A DNA stretch of 64,000 bases from Octopus vulgaris (Eukaryota). This document shows, piece by piece, positions 1 to 11,039 of this stretch. The position numbers and the translations under genes were made by a program. Each line of letters begins with the position of its first letter. The stretch's first letter is position 1. A model generated the notes under the pieces. The model did no database searches and was not told where the DNA came from. It saw only the letters and a program-made list of their open reading frames with translations. Location: assembly GCA_951406725.2 (NCBI GenBank), contig OX597814.1, forward strand, positions 131,316,001 to 131,380,000. The letters run 5' to 3'.

Positions 1-101
1 CTGTCTGTCTGTCTGTCTGTCTGTCTATATCATTTATCTATCTGTCTGTCTGTCTACCTGTCTGTCTATCTATCTATCTGTCTATCTGTCTATATATTTG
101 T

Positions 102-145
<44 letters not shown>

Positions 146-218
146 ATGTCTGTCTGTCTGTGTTTCTTTCTACATCTACATCTACATCTATGTGTGTGTG
201 TATGTAAACACACACCAC

Positions 219-261
<43 letters not shown>

Positions 262-325
262 CATTCATATACACACACATACATGCAAACACACGCACAC
301 CATTCACACACACATATATATGCAT

Positions 326-390
<65 letters not shown>

Positions 391-421
391 CACACATACA
401 CACACACACACATACACACAT
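1..421. repeat. Compound microsatellite (TCTG/TCTA)n, (CA)n, (TA)n
   Basis: Simple repeats seen directly. Confidence 0.95.
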
Positions 422-706
422 ATGCTCCTGGGTAAGAGTATTTAAACTTGCACCTCTCTGCGAAGCCATGTCGAGCCAGTGTGGTAGAGGGTAGAGTAGG
501 CTCATCAAAGCAGTATGATCTGAAGCTCAAATTCACAGCCTCCACATCAGACTGTAGTTGGTGGAGAGAACTTCTCTTTATTCTTGCACTCCATGACAGA
601 AGAGTTTATGACCGGCTCACCATGGCAACTCTTATATACAGCGATGATATAGTTATCATAATTGAAACTATCGAGAATTTTTATCGGAAAACTTACAGTA
701 CTTAGT

Positions 707-1435
707 GCAGTGGTTCTCGACAGAGTCCATAATGGCTCCTGAAGGTCCGTATAAGATTTTCGGGGGTCCACTCAGTAAAGTAATAAACTGGGGACCCACA
801 ATAAGTACTCTAAGGGCTCCTGGAAAAGATTTGCTCCAGATGTGTATGTATTGGTATATATTGCGAGAAACGGCTAGTTTCTTTATCTGACGTTTTGCAT
901 AATTCATCATACACAAGTTAACCGGGTAAAAACAAAATAGGGATATTTTCGGTTTGACCGGCAGTTTTTTTAAAGTAATTTCCACGTAACTAAACACTTT
1001 TAAACTTCGTATACTGGTAGAATGTGTTTATAAAACATCTTTTTTCTCTTGGCTTTATTGAGAAAATTCTATAGTTTGTAAGATATTTGTTGTTTTTTTT
1101 CTTCAATTTCTGCAATTTCAACCAATCAATGACCGTCTATTGAGGTGAAAACATTCTGTGTCGTATGAATATGTCCCTCGTCTAAGAAACAGATTGGGTT
1201 TATTTACATTTTTGGAGAAAAAAGATACCCTTCCCCCCACCCTAACCCTAACCCTAACTAACCCCAACCCTAAAACAGATTGAAATGCAATAGATCGATA
1301 CTAGGGTCATAATTATGGGTGACAATTTCATATGACACTGCGAGAAAAAACTGCTGTTCAAACCGAAAAGATCCCAAAATAGGAATTTTGAAAGAAGATT
1401 CTATAAAGCTAGTTTTTTGGACATGCAGTGAACCG
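707..1435 (+). mobile_element. hAT-like MITE fragment interrupted by a MITE at 941-1374
   Basis: Starts CAGTGGTTCTC; collinear with the complete copy at 30883-31231 on both sides of the insertion. Confidence 0.7.
941..1374. mobile_element. MITE with GG..CC TIRs and 8-bp TSD (Merlin-like), internal (CCCTAA)n
   Basis: TIRs GGATATTTTCGGTTTGACCGGCAG / CTGCTGTTCAAACCGAAAAGATCC; TSD CAAAATAG at 933-940 and 1375-1382; inverted homolog at 24410-24808. Confidence 0.9.
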
Positions 1436-1459
1436 AACATAGGCAATCCAGTAGACATT

Positions 1460-1737
1460 ACCTTCGAAACGCGGATGAGACGAAACAGGGACAACTGAAG
1501 AAGGGGAATATTCCTTGTGTTGTATGTCTTGTACTCTGTTTTTTCGTTGTTTTTTCGTTGTTTGAAAAAAAGTTCGTTTCCATGTTTTTGTTTTTATGTT
1601 TTCGTTTCTCATTGTCTTGAATGTTTTTTTTATGTCCTGTACCCATATATGCATGTATATATACATTTAGATGTAGGTATGTACATATATGTATGTATAT
1701 ATGCATATATTTATATATTATTTATATTATTATATAC
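1460..1737 (+). mobile_element. Penelope-like retroelement terminal fragment (tentative)
   Basis: Homologous to the inverted pair at 12667-13005; contains CTGAAGA and CGAAAC motifs. Class assignment is inference. Confidence 0.4.
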
Positions 1738-1748
1738 AGACGAGTGTA

Positions 1749-1788
<40 letters not shown>

Positions 1789-1994
1789 TGTGTGTGTCTA
1801 TTTATGGCGAGAGGGGGAAGGAGTGAAGGAGGGAAAGAGAGATACGCTCACACATGGATGTTTGCGTGAATGTCCTCATTGAATGAATAGAATGCATATT
1901 GAAAAGAAGGAAGTGGAAATAGGATAGGGCCCAGCCACTGAAGGTGGGTAAGCTGCATGCTCGATAGGGCCAGTAAGAACATTAGCAGTCCGTC

Positions 1995-2960
1995 GGTTGC
2001 GACGACGAGGGTACCAGTTGGTCCGTTCAGCGGAATAATAGCCTGCTCGTGCAATTAACGTGGAAGTAGCTCAGGGGGATCCAGCGTGACACAGAAAGTG
2101 ACAGCCTGCTCATGCAATTAACGTGGAAGTAGCTCAGGGGATTCCAGTGTGACACAGAAAGTGACGACAGCCTGCTCGTGCAATTAACGTGGAAGTAGCT
2201 CAGGGGGATCCAGTGTGACACAGAAAGTGACGACAGCCTGCTCGTGCAATTAACGTGGAAGTAACTCAGGGGGATCCAGCGTGACACAGAAAATGACAGC
2301 GTGCTCGTGCAATTAACGTTGAAGTAACTCAGGGGGATCCAATGTGGCACAGAAAGTGACGACAGCCTGCTCGTGCAATTAACGTGGAAGTAACTCAGGG
2401 GGATCCAGTGTGACACAGAAAGTGACGACAGCCTGCTCGTGCAATTAACGTGGAAGTAGCTCAGGGGGATCCAGTGTGACACAAAAAGTGACGACAGCCT
2501 GCTCGTGCAATTAACGTGGAAGTAACTCAGGGGGATCCAGCGTGACACAGAAAGTGACGACAGCCTGCTCGTGCAATTAACGTGGAAGTAGCTCAGGGGG
2601 TTCCAGTGTGACACAGAAAGTGACGACAGCCTGCTCGTGCAATTAACGTGGAAGTAACTCAGGGGATCCAGTGTGACACAGAAAATGACAGCGCGTGCTC
2701 GTGCAATTAACGTGGAAGTAACTCGGGGGATCCAGGGTGACACAAAAAGTGACGACAGCCTGCTCGTGCAATTAACGTGGAAGTAGCTCAGGGGGATCCA
2801 GTGTGACACAGAAAGTGACAATGCTAACCCTTTGAAATTACAGGCCTTATTCAATGATATCAGCTGAGTGGATTGGAGCAACGTGAAGTAAAGTGTCTTG
2901 CTCAAGGACACAACGTCTCGCCAGGAATCGAAATCACGCAAGGCCACGCGCTCACGCCAG
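1995..2960 (-). mobile_element. SINE family C (tRNA/CORE-type) containing an amplified internal segment
   Basis: Minus strand GATTTCGATTCC box then CGTTGTGTCCTTGAGCAAGACAC; homologous to 7101-7358 and 48280-48590. Confidence 0.8.
2041..2820. repeat. Minisatellite, 12 copies of a 63-66 bp unit
   Basis: Unit GCCTGCTCGTGCAATTAACGTGGAAGTAGCTCAGGGGGATCCAGTGTGACACAGAAAGTGACGACA; starts at 2041, 2104, 2170, 2236, 2299, 2365, 2431, 2497, 2563, 2629, 2693, 2758. Confidence 0.97.
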
Positions 2961-3549
2961 TAAGAATATGGAAATAGGAAATTTAGCGTGACTATCAGAG
3001 TCGGTAAGATAATAAAAATATTTAGAGTGATAAGGCTCATGTTATTTACTCGCTTCGTCGACCAGGTGGTGCATGAGGTTCAATGACCGACACAGCAATA
3101 TCATTATCGTCTGCTGCAATGATAAAGGAAGAGCTACGTAGAAAGAGGCAACTAGAAGCATCAAACTGACGAACCAAATTTGAAAGTGTGATGGCAAAAT
3201 TGATTAAGAAGAGAATTAACTTGGAAGGAAGTTTATACTTAGACTGTTCTCGTAGGAGAAGCGCATAGCTAGGAGTTAACTGTTCTCTCTGCTTGTCTTT
3301 TGTCGAATTGGATAAGGCTCCTTTTTTTCTTTGTTTTGTTTTGTTTTTGTTTTGATGGGAGTTTCGCGCTCTGTATGCTAAATGGCGATGGCTGAGAAGA
3401 CACGGCGTAGAGGAGGGGAAAAGAGTTCATCAGAATTGTGCCAGCCATTTTTTTCACAGATAACCGTCAACAAAAAAATGAGAATTTAGTAATGAATTCA
3501 GTGCGGAATTTAAGTATGCAGATTGGTGTCACGTCATGACTCGGATCTC

Positions 3550-3611
3550 ATCGTCATCGTCATCACCACCGCCGCCGCCGCCACCGCCACCGCCGCCACC
3601 GCCGCCGCCAC

Positions 3612-3643
<32 letters not shown>

Positions 3644-3677
3644 CCAGCGCCACCGCCGCCGCCACCGCCGCCACCGC

Positions 3678-3748
<71 letters not shown>

Positions 3749-3755
3749 ACAACAA
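3550..3755. repeat. (CCG/CCA)n followed by (ATC)n trinucleotide repeat
   Basis: Seen directly. Confidence 0.95.
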
Positions 3756-4740
3756 CAGCCCAACTGTCTCGATTCCAAGGACACATTAATGCCGGTTGCC
3801 AAGTTCCCATAGCTTGTAAATGATTGAGATCACACCAGTTCACCCCCTACTCACGGAGTAAACCTAGTAAAAAAGAAAAAAAAATTAATTTAGTTGCAAA
3901 GAAGGCAGGATCGCAGTGCCATCAAGAAAATGACCATACTTGATACGCAGAAAAAAACTTGGTATAAATTCTATACAATGAGCCAAGTGTAAGCCTTGAA
4001 ACTACAACAGGTGACTAACAAGAAAAGTGGAGTTCGTATGTGATCGACACACAGGAGTAGTTATTAATTATTAGTCATCAATCATCAGATAAAAGAGTAA
4101 TTATGAAATAGATTCCTTCAGTTTCCTAGAAGGTCTCCTAGAAATTGTTGTTAGCTTTTTGTTACCTAGGTGACATAATTAGGTATGGAGATGAGGGGGA
4201 AAAAAGTTAAGGAAGATGTAATTTTTACTGGCAACAAAGGATTTCTTTCCCAGGGTAACAGGCAAGAATGTACGACGCTTCTGTACGAAGTTCGAATTTG
4301 CATGGTAAGCGTAAATGTGGGCTGTGTCATGAATGCTGAGAATTTATGAAGGTTGCAATGGAATAAGGTGAAGCAAAGTCCGCTGCAGGTGAGGGGAAAG
4401 ACAGATGAGTTCCTCTCCAATATTTTGTAAATTCTTAAATAGCTCTCCTTCTGTGTATATATGTACTATCAAACTAACATGATTTTTATTGAACTCATAA
4501 TACTTTTTGTTGAATACTTTCTTAAATACTTTCTTGTAAACTGTTTTCAACATTTTCTTATTATTATCAAAGAATGTACAACTGTATTTTAATACTTTTC
4601 TGATAACCAGTACTTAACACAACAAAGCTTATACAAAGCTTTACATTTTACTTTTGACAATCTTTTTCTAAAAAAGTGAAACCGGTCAAGTCAAGAAACA
4701 TCTTTAAAATTGCATTTTCAAACTTTCTTTCATATATATA

Positions 4741-5110
4741 GGCGTAGGAGTGGTTGTGTGGTACGTAGCTTGCTTACCAACCACATAGTTCCGGGTTCAG
4801 TCCAACTGCGTGGCACCTTGGGCGAGTGTCTTCTACTATAGCCTCGGGTGACTGGATTTGGTAGGCGGAAACTGAAAATAAGCCCGTCGTATATATGTAT
4901 ATGTTTGTGTGTCTGTGTTTGTCCCTCCACCAACATCGCTTGACAACCGATGCTGGTGTGTTTGCGTCACCGTAACTTAGCGGTTCGGCAAAAGGGACCG
5001 TTAGAATAAGTACTAGGCTTACAAAGAATAAGTCCTTGGGTCAATTTGCTCGACTAAAGGCGGTGCTCCAGCATGGCCACAGTCAAATGACTGAAACAAG
5101 TAAAAGAGTA
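4741..5110 (+). mobile_element. SINE family A (tRNA-like head, CORE-like block, internal TA/TG tract)
   Basis: Head GGCGTAGGAGTGGTTGTGTGG..GGGTTCAGTCC, CACCTTGGGCGAGTG, tail GAAACAAGTAAAAGAGTA; more than 12 homologs in the window. Confidence 0.92.
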
Positions 5111-5120
5111 TATATATATT

Positions 5121-5529
5121 TACTCTTTTACTCTTTTACTTGTTTCAGTCATTCGACTGCAGCCATGCTGGAGCACCGCCTTTAGTCGAGCAACTCGACC
5201 CCGGGACTTATTCTTTGTAAGCCCAGTACTTATTCTATCGGTCTCTTTTGCCGAACCGCTAAGTGACGGCAACGTAAACACACCAGCATCGGTTGTCAAG
5301 CAATGCTAGGGGAACAAACACAGACACGCAAACATATAAACACACATACATATATATACATATATACGACAGGCTTCTTTCAGTTTCCGTGTACCAAATC
5401 CACTCACAAGGCATTGGTCGGCCCGGGGCTATAGCAGAAGACACTTGCCCAAGATGCCACGCAGTGGGACTGAACCCGGAACCATGTGGTTGGTAGGCAA
5501 GCTACTTACCACACAGCCACTCCTGCGCC
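5121..5529 (-). mobile_element. SINE family A, tail-to-tail with 4741-5110
   Basis: Reverse complement of family A. Confidence 0.92.
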
Positions 5530-5530
5530 T

Positions 5531-5579
<49 letters not shown>

Positions 5580-6139
5580 TTATCTATTTATTTATATATA
5601 TATATATACATTCACGTAAATTGCCTCGTTATCCATATCAACAAACGGCGTCGTGTCCTTTTGTTATTGTTTATGTCCTTAATATTCTGTAATGCAATTA
5701 ATCTGTGGTAGAATTCTTCTCTCCCATCGTAATAAAAGACAATCAGCCGTTTCAAAATTGTGACTCCCGTGTGCTCCCCTCCCCTCCCCCATCTTTCCTC
5801 CTGTTCTCTGTCTCCCACCGCCCCACGTTCTTCTCCCCTACTCAATCTTCTGCTCAAACCTTATACCCCCCTCCCACCACACTCCTTATCGTTACAAACT
5901 CCCATCTTTCTTTCCCGTCTCTCTCTCTCTCTTTCTCATTTCTCTTTTCTTTCTTCTCTCTCTTTTCACTCTTTCTCACTCTAATTCTTTTGTTATCTCC
6001 TGATCTCTTATTCTTGTTCTTTTCATTTTTACTTTTATTTATATTTTTAATTCTATCTCCATTCGTTCTTCTCTCTGATTCTCACTGCCTCTCTCTCTCT
6101 CTCTCTCACTGTCTTTCTGTGAATTTTTCTATCCTACTG

Positions 6140-6190
6140 TCTTCTTCTTCTTCTTCTTCTTCTTCTTCTTCTTCTTCTTCTTCTTCTTCT

Positions 6191-6225
<35 letters not shown>

Positions 6226-6457
6226 TCCTTCTTCTTCTATTCATCCTCTTCTTCGTCCTCCTCCGTCTTTTTCTTCCTCTCCCTCTTCTTCTTCTTCTTC
6301 TTCTTCTTCTTCTTCTTCTTCTTCTTCTTCTTCTTCTTCTATTCATCCTCTTCTTCGTCCTCCTCCGTCTTTTTCTTCCTCTCCCTCTTCTTCTTCTTCT
6401 TCTTCTTCTTCTTCTTCTTCTTCTTCTATTCATCCTCTTCTTCGTCCTCCTCCGTCT

Positions 6458-6489
<32 letters not shown>

Positions 6490-6585
6490 TTCTTCTTCTT
6501 CTTCTTCTTCTTCTTCTTCTTCTTCTTCTTCTTCTTCTCTTCCTCCCCACCTCCTCCTAGTCCTTCTCCGTCCTTTTCTTCTCCC

Positions 6586-6655
<70 letters not shown>
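6140..6655. repeat. (TCT)n with a thrice-repeated interrupting motif, then (CTA)n
   Basis: Seen directly. Confidence 0.95.
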
Positions 6656-6659
<4 letters not shown>

Positions 6660-6947
6660 TTCTCCTTCCTCGTTCACAATTTCAGGTCTTTACTCCTTCC
6701 TCTGATTTATCTATAACTATCTTCCCACCATACCCCATTACGTTGTTTCAAGAGATTTTGTTGTTTTCCCTTTCCTTTCCTTGTCTTATGTTTTTTTTTT
6801 TAGTTCCATAAGATACGAGGCACAAATGACCGCAAAATTTGTGAGAAAAGGGGCCATTGATTATAATGATCCTATTTTTTTTTTATTTTACTATGTTATT
6901 GACCATCCGGAACGATGAAAGGTTTTGTGGTCCTTAGTGAGATTTAA

Positions 6948-7421
6948 CCCTTTAGCACTTAAACCAACCTTATCAGGCCAAAATATTCTACCTGTTTTAT
7001 ATTCAAACTGGTCAGATCTAGCCTTTCATACCTACCCTACAATCTCATTGCCAAAATATACAATCACATCATCGAAATCTTGAAGCTATGAGCACATAAT
7101 AATAAATAAATGCGCCCTTTAAAAGGCTAACCAGGTTCATGGGTCCGGTTTCCCGGTTTCAATGGCGTATGTGTTCCCCAGGTGGATGGGACGCCAGTCC
7201 ATCGCAGCGTCACTCATTTTTGCCAGCTGAGTGGACTGGAGCAACGTGAAATGAAGTATTTTGCTCAAGAACACAACGCGTCGCCCGGTCCAGGAACTGA
7301 AACCACTGTCTTACGATCATGATTCTGACACTCTAACCACTAAGCCACGTGCCTCCACCTAAGAGCACATAATTAATTCGAATTAATGTGAATAATTAAG
7401 AATAATCTGAATGCCAAAAAG
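6948..7421. mobile_element. TTAA-flanked piggyBac-like MITE, family 2, interrupted by a SINE
   Basis: TTAA|CCCTTTAGCA ... TGCCAAAAAG|TTAA; homolog near 41270-41485. Confidence 0.65.
7101..7358 (-). mobile_element. SINE family C
   Basis: Head GTGGAGGCACGTGGCTTAGTGGTTAG on minus strand; TSD CTA(T/A)GAGCACATAAT at 7086 and 7359. Confidence 0.85.
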
Positions 7422-7591
7422 TTAAACTAGGAATATGAAGGTACGTAACTAAAATATTAGTGACCAGCTCGCAGATGTGTGACGAATATTTCGGACTCAA
7501 GAAACGGACGAAACATTAATAAAATGAATTTTCTACAACGATATAACTGCACAGTTCCACATTAAGTCGGTTGCTGTATAATTCAGAAATG

Positions 7592-7683
7592 GGCAGAGGT
7601 AAAGAATACGCACACTTCCCGTTTTCGGCGTAACCCTAACCCTAACCCTAAACACCGGGTGTGTGTATTCTTTACTTTCATCC
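7592..7683. mobile_element. Tiny inverted-repeat element with a (TAACCC)3 core
   Basis: Arms GTAAAGAATACGCACAC / GTGTGTGTATTCTTTAC; direct repeat AGAAATG at 7585-7591 and 7684-7690. Confidence 0.7.
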
Positions 7684-7690
7684 AGAAATG

Positions 7691-7920
7691 CAGCGAGATG
7701 GCAGAAACGTTAGGACGCCGGGCGAAATGCTTAGCGGTATTTCGTCTGCCGCTACGTTCTGAGTTCAAATTCCGCCGAGGTCGACTTTGCCTTTCATCCT
7801 TTCAGGGTCGATAAATTAAGTACCAGTTACGCACTGGGGTCGTTGTAATCGACTTAATCCGTTTGTCTGTCCTTGTTTGTCCCCTCTGTATGTAGCCCCT
7901 TGTGGGCAGTAAAGAAATAA
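7691..7920 (+). mobile_element. SINE family B monomer
   Basis: TGGCAGAAACGTTAG A-box-like, GAGTTCAAATTCC B-box-like, tail GTAAAGAAATAAG. Confidence 0.9.
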
Positions 7921-8896
7921 GAAATGTATATGCATTGTGATGAGCCCCTCATCTTGTCAGATGAAGAGCTTTCTCACATTTAACCTGATCATTCTGATTT
8001 ACTTCCATCTTTTAATTTGTGCGGATATGACTTTTCAGACCAGTGTCACGCATCCATCACTATTTGATTTAAATGCAAAGCAAAAAATTCTCAGAAATGA
8101 AACGATGGTGAGATATGGTGGTACGTCATTGGAGCTAAGAGATAAAAGCTTATAAAATACTTTTACCACACTCTCGGTCGCCATAACAGATTCGAATGAC
8201 AATCATTGGAAGATGACTGGTAGCTATTTTGCCTTCCCTACGGCTTCGTCACGAATAACAGGAGTCTGTCTACTCTATCCCTAGGAAATCTATTCAATCC
8301 ATACTCTAACAGGTACTATTGCTCTGGGTCAGAACGGACCGACCTGGGAGTAATGGTGATTAAGGAGTAACTCTGTGCTCCCAACAATTTCAGAACTCCA
8401 GAACTGGCGCCTTTCCACTGGATGCATTTTAATTCGATACTCAGGACCGACATGTTTGATAATATATAAGTTTCTAATATATAGATGGGTGGGTGGTTCT
8501 CTGTCGTTGGGCAATTAGTATTCAGTTGCTCAATCAACTGAGCTACCAGAGATCAATGAATAAACATGTTATTTGGTTGAGCATTCCACAAACAAACGCG
8601 TTAATTTTTTATGTTATTCACAACGTGTGTGTGTGCGCGCGCGCGCATGTGGTAAGGACTTACCTTTGGATTACCTTTGAATTCTGCAGGTTTTCTTTCT
8701 GTACACTTTCCATCTCCCTCAGTTTTACTCACAAATTATGGGTCGACTTCAGGCTTATAGAGATCGACTTTTGCCCAAGAAGTCACACACTGAGATGAGA
8801 ACCCGGGACCTTGTGGTTGCGAAGCGGAACTTCCTAAACTATTCGGCTATATTACGCCTTCTCCAACACGCACGCGCGCGTACGCACAAGTAAATA

Positions 8897-9353
8897 TTGT
8901 TTTCTACTCTAGGCACGAAATTTTTGGGAAGGGGGTGCCAGTCGATTATATCGACTCCAGTACGCAACTGGTATTTAATTTCTCGACTCCGGAAGGATGA
9001 AAGGCAAAGTCGACCTCGGCGGAATTTGAACTGAAAACGTAGCGGCAGACGAAATACCTATTTCTTTACTACCCACAAGGGGCTAAACACAGAGAGGACA
9101 AACAAGGACACACAAACGGATTAAGTCGATTACATCGACCCCCAGTGCGTAACAGGTACTGATTTAATCGACCCCGAAAGGATGAAAGGCAAAGTCAACC
9201 TCGGCGGAATTTGAACTCGGAACGTAGCGGCAGATGAAATACTTATTTCTTTATTACCCACAAGGGTGTTAACACAGAGGGGACAAACAAGGACAGACAT
9301 AGGTATTAAGTCGATTACATTGACCCTAGTGCAAACGATTCTGCCAGCTCGCC
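8897..9353 (-). mobile_element. SINE family B trimer with internal deletion in the head unit
   Basis: Junctions GAAATAC(C/T)|TATTTC at 9058/9059 and 9243/9244; GTAAATA direct repeat at 8890 and 9354. Confidence 0.88.
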
Positions 9354-9909
9354 GTAAATAGTCGTTGCCGAAAATCTCAGTAGCTGTAACACGAAAGTGA
9401 CTGCATTTAACAAGGATGCAACGACCTTGGCCTTCGTATTACGTTGAAGTAGCATTGCCGACATATCTGTCATCACTAGCCCCTTGTTGTACCCTCATCT
9501 ATGATCACCACAATGCCGCAGAACCTATTACGATGAGGACATTTGAAACTGCTGACGTGGTTTGGAGGCGAGTTACTCTTAATCCTGCGGAAGTTTTATC
9601 AGCTCAGCAGAAACGGGATGCCATCGCTTCATTAGCATTAACAGTCGTGTTTAATCTGCATATCTCCAATATCTCTTTGGAGTTTGGCTAACTGCTATAC
9701 CGTTGAGAACGGCTGGTGTCCAGCAGAATAGTTCTTACTAATTCTTTCTAACCTTGACACAAGGCCGGCACTTTTGAAGTAGGCGGGGAGTTAATTATAC
9801 TGACCTTGACTTCGGCGGCATTTCAACTCAAAACGTAGAGAGCCGGAAGAAATGTCATTAAACATTTTGTCTTTTTTTCTGACACCTCTCGGCGCACAAC
9901 GTGCGATGC

Positions 9910-10090
9910 ATCGGTAGGTTAAGACTAATCTGTCTCACGACGGTCTAACCCCAGTTCACGTTCCCTGTTAGTGGGTGAACAATCCAACGCTTTGCGAATT
10001 CTGCTTCGCAATGATAAGAAGAGCCGACATCGAAGGATCAAAAAAGCGACGTCGCTGCGAACGCTTGGCTGCCACAAGCTAGTTATCCTG
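9910..10090 (-). rRNA. 28S (LSU) rRNA pseudogene fragment, domain V peptidyl-transferase region
   Basis: Minus strand reads CAGGATAACTAGCTTGTGGCAGCCAAGCG..TTTTTGATCCTTCGATGTCGGCTCTTC..GGATTGTTCACCCAC..GACCGTCGTGAGACAG, recognisable eukaryotic LSU sequence with scattered substitutions. Confidence 0.93.
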
Positions 10091-10244
10091 CAGGAGTGGC
10101 TGTGTGGTAAGTAGCTTGCTTACCAACCACATGGCATCTTGGGCAAGTGTCTTCTACTATAGCCTATAGTCGACCAAAGCCTTGTGAGTGGATTTGGTAG
10201 ACGGAAACTGAAAGAAGCCCGTCGTATATATGTATATATATATA

Positions 10245-10286
<42 letters not shown>

Positions 10287-10483
10287 TGTCTGTGTTTGTT
10301 CCCTCAACATCGCTTGACAACCGATACTGGTGTGTTTACGTAGCCGCAACTTAGCGGTTCGGCAAAAGGGACCGATAGAATAAGTACTAGGCTTACAAAG
10401 AATAAGTCCTGGGGGGCGATTTACTCGACTAAAGGCGGTGCTGAAGCATGGCCGCAGTCAAATGACTGAAACAAGTGAAAGAG
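10091..10483 (+). mobile_element. SINE family A abutting the 28S fragment
   Basis: Family A head to tail with a short deletion removing the B-box region; followed by TSD copy TAAACATTTTGTC. Confidence 0.9.
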
Positions 10484-10589
10484 TAAACATTTTGTCAGGT
10501 GCGATTACAAACCGGCATTTTACACGCGTTTGAACTTCGGGCCTGCATGTGACACAAATGCTTTACCTGGCCTCTGCAGTAGACGTTTT

Positions 10590-11039
10590 GGATCTTTTCC
10601 TTTTGAGGGCCAGATTTCAACACAATTTCTAGTTAACTAAACACTTTAAAACTTCGTATACTGGTAGAATGTGTCAAAAGAAAACATTAATTTCACTTGG
10701 CTTTCTTGATAAATTTGTAATTCGTTTGTTTAATGTAGTTTAATTTTTCGAATTTTAACCAATCCTATGCTCTCATTTGAGCTAAAATCATTTGCTGCGT
10801 CTAAAACTGAGACAACATCCTGTAACTAACCCTCACCCTCCCCCTAATTTTTTTTTCTTAATTGTTAAATTAATTTAATTGTTACGCGTGTAAAAAAAAC
10901 TAAAGCAATGGAAAATAATTTAAACAATTAACATACAAAATAATTCTATAATTTTTATACACTACCAGTATACGAAGTTTTAAAGTGTTTAGTTAACTAG
11001 AAATTGTGTTGAAATCTGGCCTTCAAAAGGAAAAGATCC
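10590..11039. mobile_element. MITE with 78-bp TIRs and 8-bp TSD (Merlin-like)
   Basis: TIRs 10590-10667 and 10962-11039 with one mismatch, starting GGATCTTTTC; TSD GACGTTTT at 10582 and 11040. Confidence 0.93.

Noticed and set aside
2041-2820. CRISPR array
   Set aside because: Units are contiguous with no unique spacers, derive from a SINE, and there are no cas genes in this eukaryotic context.
5705-6811. 368-aa ORF and other poly-S, poly-P, IYLS, HT and CV ORFs across the window
   Set aside because: Translations of stop-free microsatellites.
9910-10090. Functional rDNA locus
   Set aside because: Only about 180 bp, mutated, rearranged and bounded by a TSD.
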